Source: Senegalia massiliensis (GTDB lineage: Bacteria; Bacillota; Clostridia; Tissierellales; SIT17). Taken from it: a stretch of DNA of 24,000 nt. The position numbers and the translations under genes were made by a program. Location of the stretch: NCBI RefSeq assembly GCF_009911265.1, contig NZ_QXXA01000010.1:6374-30373 (forward strand). Direction: 5' to 3'. The notes under the pieces were generated by a model. It had not been told where the DNA came from. It ran no database searches and saw only the letters and a list, made by a program, of their open reading frames with translations. Of this stretch, positions 8,925 to 16,515 are shown one piece after another (the first letter of the stretch is position 1; every line of letters begins with the position of its first letter).

Positions 8925-10730
8925 ATGAATAAAAGGCAAGTAAATTTATTGAAAAGTTTAATAATAGAAGATGAATATCTACCTATAAAGTATTTTTCAA
9001 ACAAATTAGGTATATCAGATAAAACTACATCAAAAGATTTAAAAGAAATACAAACTATTATTAACTCCACAGGTGCAAAAATAGATAAAAGAAGAGGTCT
9101 TGGTATAAAACTATATTATACATCTTCTCAACTTGATGTTCTAAATTCTAAATTAAACAAAATGAAAGTTTCTATTGGTGATGATGATTTAATCCATAGA
9201 AGAATACAAATCTTATTAAACCTCTTAATAAATACAGACAAATATACTACTATTCAAAAACTATCAGATAAATATATAGTAAGCAGAACTTCAATTAATA
9301 ATGATTTAAATGAAATGGAAGATAAGCTATCAAAATATAATCTAAAACTTTCTAAAACATTAAAAGGAACTAAAATAATTGGCAGTGAGATAAATATAAG
9401 GAAGGCTTTAGTATTTACTATTCAAGAATATGCCAAAATAAATCCAAACTATATTACAGAATACCAAAATATACGTCATGAAGAATTAAATATAAATCAA
9501 ATAAATACAATTTTAAATCATGAAACAACTTCATTTTTTGAAAATCTATTAAATCATATAGAGTCAAAACTTAAGCTGGTTATATATGAACCATATTATA
9601 CTAATTTATTAACTCATTTATTAATAATGACCAACAGAATAATGAGAGGAAATTATATATCTAGTAATTCAGAGGTAAGTGATGTTGTAATCGTTAGGAA
9701 TAATGACTTATATAATATTGCTATTTATATGATAGAAAAAATAGAAGATAAATTTAAAATCAAAGTAAGTAAAGAAGAAGTAGGTTATATTTATAAATAC
9801 TTGACATCTATAGGGTTAAGTTACGATGATATGAAGAATAAAGAGGATAAAAAACACGATATGCCTCATGTTCATTTTACAAATAATTTAATAGATATTG
9901 TATCTCAGATGTCTCATAGAAACTACAATATAAGGGTCACTCTATATGAAAGATTGTTATTACATATAAAGCCTATGTTAAATAGAGTGAAATACAATAT
10001 TCAAATAAAAAATCCATTATTAAAAGATTTTCTAAAAGAATTTAAAGAGGAATTTCTCGTAATAAAAATTGCTTGTATGTTAGTTTGCAATAAGTTAGGA
10101 ATTAATATGATTAGTGACGATGAAGTTTCATATATACTAACTTATTTTATATCTGAAGATGAAAAAATATCAGAAACTATAAAGATAAGAACATTAGTAG
10201 TTTGTCATAGTGGATATGGAACAAGTCAATTACTTTCAACTAGATTAGAAAAAGCATTTAATAATATTGAAGTAGTAGATGTAATAGCATCAAATTCCAT
10301 ATCAAATATGGATTTAATAGATATAGATTTAATTGTTACAACAGCAGATTTAAATATTGAAAAGTCATTTTTATTGGTATCTGCATTTTTAAATGAAATT
10401 GATAAGAAAAATATTAAAAATTTTATTGATAATATCTTAGAAAGTAAAAGAAAATCATTTTCTAATTATCATATAAAAAATATTGAAATAGAATCTATTG
10501 ATGATATAAGTGATATAGATGAAAAAGAATTAGTCTATATAAAAAATAATTTATATATATGCTTAATAAACTCCTTAGAAAATTTAAACATACAATATAT
10601 AACAGAAAAAGATGAAACAGGAAAACGTATTTTTGTTATAAATTATTCTGATTATAAATATCTTTCTAAGGCTTTAAGAAAGATAATAAGGGAATTTGTA
10701 ACTGAGGAGAATATAAATGAAAAACACTAA
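8925..10730 (+). CDS. PRD-domain, PTS-controlled transcriptional regulator (LicR/MtlR/ManR class: HTH - PRD - PRD - EIIB-like), lacking a fused EIIA domain
   Basis: N-terminal HTH-like region (NLLKSLIIEDEYLPIKYFSNKLGISDKTTSKDLKEI). Two PRD-like segments with conserved His (YYTNLLTHLLIMTNRI; LYERLLLHIKPMLNRV). An EIIB-like module with a phospho-Cys motif (TLVVCHSGYGTSQLL). The ORF track starts at TTG 8916, but ATG 8925, 10 nt after AAAGGA (8909-8914), is preferred. Confidence 0.85.
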   Translation: MNKRQVNLLKSLIIEDEYLPIKYFSNKLGISDKTTSKDLKEIQTIINSTGAKIDKRRGLGIKLYYTSSQLDVLNSKLNKMKVSIGDDDLIHRRIQILLNLLINTDKYTTIQKLSDKYIVSRTSINNDLNEMEDKLSKYNLKLSKTLKGTKIIGSEINIRKALVFTIQEYAKINPNYITEYQNIRHEELNINQINTILNHETTSFFENLLNHIESKLKLVIYEPYYTNLLTHLLIMTNRIMRGNYISSNSEVSDVVIVRNNDLYNIAIYMIEKIEDKFKIKVSKEEVGYIYKYLTSIGLSYDDMKNKEDKKHDMPHVHFTNNLIDIVSQMSHRNYNIRVTLYERLLLHIKPMLNRVKYNIQIKNPLLKDFLKEFKEEFLVIKIACMLVCNKLGINMISDDEVSYILTYFISEDEKISETIKIRTLVVCHSGYGTSQLLSTRLEKAFNNIEVVDVIASNSISNMDLIDIDLIVTTADLNIEKSFLLVSAFLNEIDKKNIKNFIDNILESKRKSFSNYHIKNIEIESIDDISDIDEKELVYIKNNLYICLINSLENLNIQYITEKDETGKRIFVINYSDYKYLSKALRKIIREFVTEENINEKH

Positions 10731-11175
10731 TGTAATAGATATAAATAATATTATATTTACAAATAAGTTTAGTTCTAAACAAGAAGCAATATTAAAATTA
10801 TCAGAACTACTAGTAGAATCACAAATAGTCATAGATAAACAAAAATTTATAGAAGATATATTTGAAAGAGAAAATAGAGGTTCTACATTTGTAGGTGAAA
10901 ATTTAGCAATACCTCATGGGTTTTCAAATCAGGTAAAAAAACCTTCAATTGCCATTGCAAGAGTAGATAATCCATTTCTATGGGATGAAAATGATAATAA
11001 GGTAAAACTCACAATATTATTTGCAATACCAGAAGATGATGAAATGGAAGAAGAATCTGAGGTTTTAAAGAAAATAGCAGCAGCATTAGGTGATGAAGAT
11101 TTGATAAAAGATTTATTAAATGCACATACAAAAGAAAAATTAATATATATCTTGAAAGATTATATTAATTTGTAA
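10717..11175 (+). CDS. Stand-alone PTS EIIA, mannitol/fructose/Ntr (EIIA-2) family
   Basis: 152 aa. Active-site His context GENLAIPHGFSNQV plus the downstream block KLTILFAIPEDD typical of EIIA-2. GAGGAG RBS at 10704-10709. The start overlaps the last 14 nt of the regulator gene. Confidence 0.85.
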   Translation: MKNTNVIDINNIIFTNKFSSKQEAILKLSELLVESQIVIDKQKFIEDIFERENRGSTFVGENLAIPHGFSNQVKKPSIAIARVDNPFLWDENDNKVKLTILFAIPEDDEMEEESEVLKKIAAALGDEDLIKDLLNAHTKEKLIYILKDYINL

Positions 11176-11185
11176 GGAGGATATC

Positions 11186-11761
11186 ATGGGAGCACAATCT
11201 GGAGCTTTAGCATTTCAATCTGAAAAAGTAAATATATTTAGAAGAGCAATAGCTGCCTTATTTGATATATATATTTCATCTGTTCTAGCAAATATACCAA
11301 TTTTAATTATATATAGCATAGAAACTGGAGAGACACAGATGACTAGAGATTTATCTTCACTTTCAACTCTATCTGGAATATTAGCTAGTGTTCTAGGGAT
11401 ATTAATAGTTTCTGTTTACTATATAGTAATTCCCCTATATAAATTTGATGGTCAAACTTTAATGAAAAGATTGTTAGGATTTAAAATTATAAAGACAGAT
11501 GGTACAAAATTAGATTTAAAAACTATGCTAAAAAGAGAAATATTAGGTTCTATGATTGTAGAAGGTGGATTTGTAAGTAGTGCTAATTATTTAAGACAAT
11601 TAATACTAATATTAACTGGATCCCAACTACTTTACACAGGACTATTATATACATCATTTGCAACAACAATATTATCTATTATATTTATACTATTTTCAAA
11701 AAAACAAAGAGCATTACATGATTATATTGGAAATACAAAAGTATTGAGAGGAGGTGAATAA
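11186..11761 (+). CDS. RDD-family integral membrane protein (function unknown)
   Basis: AAGGAGG RBS. N-terminal FRRAIAALFDIYISSVL (Arg/Asp of the RDD signature), several hydrophobic helices, and C-terminal QRALHDYIGNTKVL (the terminal Asp motif). Confidence 0.7.
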   Translation: MGAQSGALAFQSEKVNIFRRAIAALFDIYISSVLANIPILIIYSIETGETQMTRDLSSLSTLSGILASVLGILIVSVYYIVIPLYKFDGQTLMKRLLGFKIIKTDGTKLDLKTMLKREILGSMIVEGGFVSSANYLRQLILILTGSQLLYTGLLYTSFATTILSIIFILFSKKQRALHDYIGNTKVLRGGE

Positions 11762-11762
11762 T

Positions 11763-12086
11763 ATGAAAAAGATATATTTATTCTGTGATAATGCAATGAG
11801 TACAAGTATGATTGCAAAAAAGATGCAAGATGTTGGAGATAAACATAATTTAGACATAGAAGTAAAAGCTTATCCAGTAAGAAATTTAGAAAAAATATTA
11901 GAAGAAAAAAATCCACATTGCGTATTATTAGGACCTCAAGTTAGACATTTACTAGAGGATACAAAGAATAGAGTAAAAGACTATGACATACCAGTAGGAG
12001 TTATAGATTCAGTTGATTATGGAATGATGGATGGAGAAAAAGTATTAAAGAAAACAATATTATTAATGAAAAAATATAAAAAATAG
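11763..12086 (+). CDS. PTS EIIB, lactose/cellobiose/chitobiose family
   Basis: MKKIYLFCDNAMSTSMIAKKM carries the N-terminal phospho-Cys loop of Lac-family EIIB (~105 aa). GGAGG at 11750-11754 sits 8 nt before ATG 11763. The GTG at 11754 in the ORF track lies inside that RBS. Confidence 0.9.
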   Translation: MKKIYLFCDNAMSTSMIAKKMQDVGDKHNLDIEVKAYPVRNLEKILEEKNPHCVLLGPQVRHLLEDTKNRVKDYDIPVGVIDSVDYGMMDGEKVLKKTILLMKKYKK

Positions 12087-12097
12087 GAGGGGTATTA

Positions 12098-13444
12098 ATG
12101 TTCAACAAACTTGAAGATGTTTTAATGCCTATAGCAGACAAGCTAGGTAAAAATAAAATACTAGTGGCTATACGTGATGGATTTTTGATATCAATGCCAT
12201 TAATTATAGTAGGTTCATTATTTTTACTTATAGCAAACTTCCCAATACCTGGGTGGTCAGAATTTTGGGCAAGATTTTTTGGAGAAGGATGGGAATCTTA
12301 TTTATCTACTGTATCTAGAGCAACATTTAATATAATATCATTGCTAACAGTAATTGGTATAGGGTATTCTTATGCTAGAGAAATAGAAGCAGATAGAATA
12401 CAAGGGTCAATTGTAGCTATAGTATCTTTTATAATATTAATGCCAACTGATATAGCATATGAAGGGGTAGAAGGCCCAGCAACATTAAGTGCAATTAGCT
12501 TTTCATTTACAGGAACAAACGGAATATTCTTAGCAATGGTAGTAGGTTTATTATCTGTACAAATATTCCACTGGGTATATAAAAAAGGTTGGACAATAAA
12601 AATGCCTGAAGGTGTACCTCCAGCAGTAACAGATTCATTTGCAGCACTTATTCCAAGTGGGATAGTAATGTTATTATTCTTTTTAGTAAGAATTGGATTT
12701 GGACTTACACCTTATGAATCAGCACATAATTTCATATATACAGTATTACAAGCACCACTTATGGGAGTAGGAAATAGCTTAGGTGCACAAATAGTATATG
12801 TAGTATCTAGCTCAATATTCTGGTTCTTTGGTATAAATGGACCTGCAGTTACAAACTCAGTGTTCTCACCAATATTTAGAACATTATCAATAGAAAACTT
12901 AGCAGCATTTGAAGCAGGATTACCATTACCACATATTTATACAGGACAATTTGTAGATTTATTTCAAACATTTGGTGGTGGAGGAAGTACTCTTTCTCTA
13001 GTTATTTTAATGGTAGCAGTAGGTAAATCTCAAAGAATTAAAAAGCTTGGTAAATTGTCAATAGTACCAGGGATATTTGGAATAAATGAACCTATCATAT
13101 TTGGTTTACCAATAGTACTTAATCCAGTAATGATAATACCTTTTATAGGGGTACCACTTATGAATACAATATTGTCAGCAATAGCATTTGAAACAGGATT
13201 TTTACCATATACTAATGGAGTTGCATTACCTTGGACTACACCACTTGGTTTCTCTGGCTATCTATCAACAGGAAGCTTAAGAGCAGCAATATTCCAAGTT
13301 ATATTAGTAATACTTGGTTGTGTAGTATATTATCCATTTATAAAAGTATTAGATAAAAACTACCTAAAAGATGAACAAGCTAAACCTAGTGAAGATGAAT
13401 TAGAAGATATATCATTTGATGATTTATCTATGGAGGATCTGTAG
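12098..13444 (+). CDS. PTS EIIC permease, lactose/cellobiose/chitobiose family
   Basis: 448-aa polytopic membrane protein. Has the N-terminal LMPIADKLGKNKILVAIRDGF block and the GINEPIIFGLPIVLNP block characteristic of CelB/ChbC/LicC-type EIIC. AGGAGGGG RBS. Confidence 0.92.
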   Translation: MFNKLEDVLMPIADKLGKNKILVAIRDGFLISMPLIIVGSLFLLIANFPIPGWSEFWARFFGEGWESYLSTVSRATFNIISLLTVIGIGYSYAREIEADRIQGSIVAIVSFIILMPTDIAYEGVEGPATLSAISFSFTGTNGIFLAMVVGLLSVQIFHWVYKKGWTIKMPEGVPPAVTDSFAALIPSGIVMLLFFLVRIGFGLTPYESAHNFIYTVLQAPLMGVGNSLGAQIVYVVSSSIFWFFGINGPAVTNSVFSPIFRTLSIENLAAFEAGLPLPHIYTGQFVDLFQTFGGGGSTLSLVILMVAVGKSQRIKKLGKLSIVPGIFGINEPIIFGLPIVLNPVMIIPFIGVPLMNTILSAIAFETGFLPYTNGVALPWTTPLGFSGYLSTGSLRAAIFQVILVILGCVVYYPFIKVLDKNYLKDEQAKPSEDELEDISFDDLSMEDL

Positions 13445-13455
13445 GAGGTAATAAA

Positions 13456-13977
13456 ATGAATGTATTAATGATATTTGATCAAATACAAGCAGGTATGGGT
13501 GGAAAAGAAAAAGCAGATATAGCTCCTGGTGGAAAAAAAGGAGAAATAGGTTCAGTTCCCATGATTAAACCTCATTTAGCAGAAGTAGATGGAAAGGTAA
13601 GTGCATGCTTGTATTGTGGAGATAAATATTTTAAAGACAATCAAGAGGAATTAGAAAGAAAAATGATAGGCATGGTTAAAAAGTTAAATCCAGATGTAGT
13701 CATTTGTGGTCCAGCATATAATTATGAAGGCTATGCATATATGAGTGCAGTTTTAGCACATAAAATAAATGAAAACACTGACATACCAGGACTTGCTGCC
13801 ATGTCTAAAGAAAATCAAGATGTAATAGCTAAATATAAAGATATAGTAAACATAGTGAAAATGCCTAAAAAAGGTGGAACTGGACTTAATAAATCATTAA
13901 GTAATATATCTATATTGGCAGAAAAAATGTTCAAAAAAGAAAATATAGAACAACTAAAAAAAGACATATGCTATTAA
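13456..13977 (+). CDS. Short protein resembling only the N-terminal domain of the GrdB/PrdB reductase family (no selenocysteine region)
   Basis: GGAGG RBS. From memory of GrdB sequences, the blocks QIQAGMGGKEKADIAPG, CLYCGDKYFKDN, PDVVICGPAYNYEGY and the C-terminal KSLSNISILAEKM segment align with the first ~170 aa of GrdB-type proteins. The ORF ends at TAA with no in-frame TGA. Confidence 0.45.
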   Translation: MNVLMIFDQIQAGMGGKEKADIAPGGKKGEIGSVPMIKPHLAEVDGKVSACLYCGDKYFKDNQEELERKMIGMVKKLNPDVVICGPAYNYEGYAYMSAVLAHKINENTDIPGLAAMSKENQDVIAKYKDIVNIVKMPKKGGTGLNKSLSNISILAEKMFKKENIEQLKKDICY

Positions 13978-14013
13978 GTATATAAGGTAGTCTTATAAGA
14001 CTACCTTATATAC
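13978..14013. repeat. 36-bp perfect palindrome (intra-operon hairpin) GTATATAAGGTAGTCTTA|TAAGACTACCTTATATAC
   Basis: Checked base by base: the sequence equals its own reverse complement. It begins immediately after the TAA of the GrdB-like gene, 28 nt before the M20 peptidase start, and is not followed by a clean U-tract (TTACTTTAGC). Confidence 0.8.
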
Positions 14014-14041
14014 TTACTTTAGCTATAATGGAGGTGATTTA

Positions 14042-15166
14042 ATGGAGAAGATTTTAAACCATAATATTGATAAATATAAACAAGGATTATTACAATCAAT
14101 AATAGAAGTAGTAAATATACCAAGTGTGAAAGGTGAGGCAAAAGAAGACGCACCATTTGGAGAAAATCCTAAAAAAGCACTCTCAAAAACACTTGATATA
14201 GCAAAGGATTTAGGATTTAAAACTAAAAATATAGATAATTATATAGGATATGCAGAATATGGTGAAGGTGAAGACTATATAGGAGTATTAGGTCATTTAG
14301 ATGTAGTAGATGTAGGAGAAGGTTGGAAATCACCACCATTTAATGCTGAAATAAGAAATGAAAAGATATATGGTAGAGGAGTACTGGATAACAAAGGACC
14401 AATAATGTCAGCCCTTTTTGCACTATATGCAATAAAACAATCAAATTTAAATATAAATAAAAAAATAAGAATAATATTTGGAACAGATGAAGAAAGTGGT
14501 TTTAGTGATATTCCATATTATTTAAAATATGAAAAACCTCCTATAATGGGTTTTACACCTGATTGTAAATATCCAGTAGTATATGGGGAAAGAGGTAGAG
14601 CAAATATATTATTTACTATTAAGTATAGTGATGAAAATTATGAAGAAAAAACAAAAGAATTTTTTAACTTTATAAATGAATATATACTTTCAAGTAAAGG
14701 TAATGGAGAAAGACTTGGTATAGATTATAGTGATGAAGAATTTGGTACAATGGAGATGAAAAATTTCAAAGCTGGAATAAAAGGCTCCCATTTGACATTT
14801 CATATGAGTTTAAGCTATCCAGCTACTGTTAATATAGATAGAATATTAGAAAAAATAAAATTAAAATTAACTGAGAATATAAAATTAATATTATTATTAA
14901 ATTATAATCCAGTAAAATTTAAAAAAGAATCATTCTTAGTAAAGAGCTTACAAAAAGCATATGAAGATATTACAGGACTAGATGGTACACCTGTAACTAC
15001 AACAGGAGGAACATATGCCAAAGTAATGCCAAATATAGTACCCTTTGGCCCATCATTTCCAGGACAAAAAGGTATAGCACATAATCCAAATGAATATATG
15101 GATATAGAAGATATAGTATTAAATGCAAAGATATTTGCAAATGCAATATATAATTTAGCAAAATAA
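14042..15166 (+). CDS. M20-family metallodipeptidase (PepV/Sapep-like), cytoplasmic
   Basis: GGAGGTG RBS at 14030-14036. Metal/catalytic motifs GVLGHLDVV, RGVLDNKGP, FGTDEESG, and C-terminal TTTGGTYAK ... AHNPNEY. No N-terminal signal peptide. At 374 aa it is shorter than typical PepV, but the ORF is uninterrupted. Confidence 0.85.
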   Translation: MEKILNHNIDKYKQGLLQSIIEVVNIPSVKGEAKEDAPFGENPKKALSKTLDIAKDLGFKTKNIDNYIGYAEYGEGEDYIGVLGHLDVVDVGEGWKSPPFNAEIRNEKIYGRGVLDNKGPIMSALFALYAIKQSNLNINKKIRIIFGTDEESGFSDIPYYLKYEKPPIMGFTPDCKYPVVYGERGRANILFTIKYSDENYEEKTKEFFNFINEYILSSKGNGERLGIDYSDEEFGTMEMKNFKAGIKGSHLTFHMSLSYPATVNIDRILEKIKLKLTENIKLILLLNYNPVKFKKESFLVKSLQKAYEDITGLDGTPVTTTGGTYAKVMPNIVPFGPSFPGQKGIAHNPNEYMDIEDIVLNAKIFANAIYNLAK

Positions 15167-15189
15167 AGATAGAAAAGAGGTAAAGATAT

Positions 15190-16149
15190 ATGAGTTATGC
15201 GATTATAGCTACATGGAGAATGGCATTAGAAGGAATAGAAGAAGGAGTAAAATTATTAAAAGATAATGGCTCTTCAGCAGATGCCATAGAGAAGGCAGTG
15301 AAGATGGTGGAAGATTTTCCATACTATAAATCAGTAGGATATGGTGGACTTCCAAATGAAAATGGAGAAGTAGAATTAGATGCAGCATTTATGGACGGAG
15401 ATAGTCTATCTATAGGAGCAGTTGCAGGGATAAAAGACTTTAAAAACCCTATATCCATAGCAAGAAAATTAAGTGAACAAAAATTTAATTGTTTTCTAGT
15501 AGGAGCTGGAGCAGAAGAATATGCACATAAAAATGGATTCGAAAGAAAAAATATGCTTACAGATAGAGCAATAATTCACTATAAAAACAGATTAAAAGAA
15601 ACAGTGGAAAAGGGACTAAGTCCATATGATGGGCATGATACTGTAGGAATGGTAGCACTTGATAATAGTGATTCAATGGCTAGTGGAACATCTACATCAG
15701 GATTGTTTATGAAAAAAAGAGGTAGAACAGGAGATTCAGCTGTATCAGGTTCAGGATTTTATGTAGATAGTGAAATAGGAGGAGCAACAGCTACAGGCCT
15801 TGGAGAAGATATAATGAAAGGCTGCTCATCTTATGAAATAGTAAGATTAATGAAAGAAGGATATACTCCACAACAAGCAGCAGATAAAGCAGTATCGGAA
15901 TTAAATGATTTATTAATAAAGAGAAGAAAAAAAGCAGGAGATATATCTGTAGTATGTATAAATAACAAGGGAGAATTTGGAGTAGCTACAAATATAGAAA
16001 ACTTTTCCTTTGTAATAGCAACAGACAAAATAGAACCAATAGTATATGTATGTAAAAATAAAAATGGTAAAACAACTTATAGAGTTGCAACAGAAGAATG
16101 GTTAGAAAATTATATGAACAAAAGAACAGCACCTTTAAAATTAAAGTAA
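15190..16149 (+). CDS. Ntn-hydrolase of the asparaginase-2 family, glycosylasparaginase-like (N4-(beta-N-acetylglucosaminyl)-L-asparaginase candidate), cytoplasmic
   Basis: Autoprocessing/nucleophile motif DGHDTVGMVALD. Motif TSTSGLFMKKRGRTGDSAVSGSGFYVD ... GGATATGLGEDIM is typical of glycosylasparaginase/isoaspartyl peptidase. N-terminal ATW and YGGLPNENGEVELDAAFMDG blocks are present. The N-terminus MSYAIIATWRMALEG has no signal sequence. Confidence 0.8.
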   Translation: MSYAIIATWRMALEGIEEGVKLLKDNGSSADAIEKAVKMVEDFPYYKSVGYGGLPNENGEVELDAAFMDGDSLSIGAVAGIKDFKNPISIARKLSEQKFNCFLVGAGAEEYAHKNGFERKNMLTDRAIIHYKNRLKETVEKGLSPYDGHDTVGMVALDNSDSMASGTSTSGLFMKKRGRTGDSAVSGSGFYVDSEIGGATATGLGEDIMKGCSSYEIVRLMKEGYTPQQAADKAVSELNDLLIKRRKKAGDISVVCINNKGEFGVATNIENFSFVIATDKIEPIVYVCKNKNGKTTYRVATEEWLENYMNKRTAPLKLK

Positions 16150-16175
16150 AATAGGATAAAATATATAGAAAGACG

Positions 16176-16496
16176 GTGAATATTGTGGAAGGAATGGAAT
16201 TATTAAATTTTCAAATAATAAGCAATGTGGGAGATGCAAAATCATATTTACATCAAGCACTAAAAGCATCAAGGGAAGAAAAATTTAGTGAAGCAGAAGA
16301 ATTAATAAAAAATGCAGAAGATAGTTTAGGAAAAGCACATGAAATCCATATGGACATATTACAAAAAGAAACACAAGGGGACGATTTTAAAATCACCCTA
16401 TTATTAATGCATGCAGAAGATCAAATGATGACAACAGAACTATTAAGAGATGTAACACAAGAAATGTTACTAACTCATAAAAAATATTCAAAATAA
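16176..16496 (+). CDS. PTS EIIA, lactose/cellobiose/chitobiose family
   Basis: ~105-aa helical protein. QIISNVGDAKSYLHQAL and LLLMHAEDQMMT (active-site His context) match CelC/ChbA/LacF-type EIIA. The start is uncertain: GTG 16176, GTG 16185 or ATG 16194. Confidence 0.88.
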   Translation: MNIVEGMELLNFQIISNVGDAKSYLHQALKASREEKFSEAEELIKNAEDSLGKAHEIHMDILQKETQGDDFKITLLLMHAEDQMMTTELLRDVTQEMLLTHKKYSK

Positions 16497-16515
16497 TATA
16501 TGTTAGGAGAAGATA

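Noticed and set aside
5345-11762. Upstream non-ATG starts given in the ORF track: GTG 5345 (rmlA), TTG 8916 (regulator), GTG 11754 (EIIB).
   Set aside because: In each case an in-frame ATG 9 nt downstream has better RBS spacing (5354, 8925, 11763) and reproduces the canonical family N-terminus. The alternative start would lie within or too close to the RBS.
13456-13977. Possible selenocysteine (in-frame TGA) read-through in the GrdB-like gene.
   Set aside because: The ORF ends at TAA. The following sequence is the palindrome and an RBS, with no continuing frame or SECIS-like context.
14024-14029. Perfect TATAAT between the 36-bp palindrome and the M20 peptidase gene, considered as an internal promoter.
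   Set aside because: It abuts the GGAGGTG RBS (14030-14036), so a transcript starting ~7 nt downstream would lack the RBS. No -35 element is present.
14042-15166. The M20 dipeptidase is ~90-100 aa shorter than typical PepV, so it was considered a truncated pseudogene.
   Set aside because: The reading frame is uninterrupted. The N-terminal metal-binding motifs and the C-terminal GGTYAK/AHNPNEY block are both present, so the difference looks like a shorter lid domain rather than decay.
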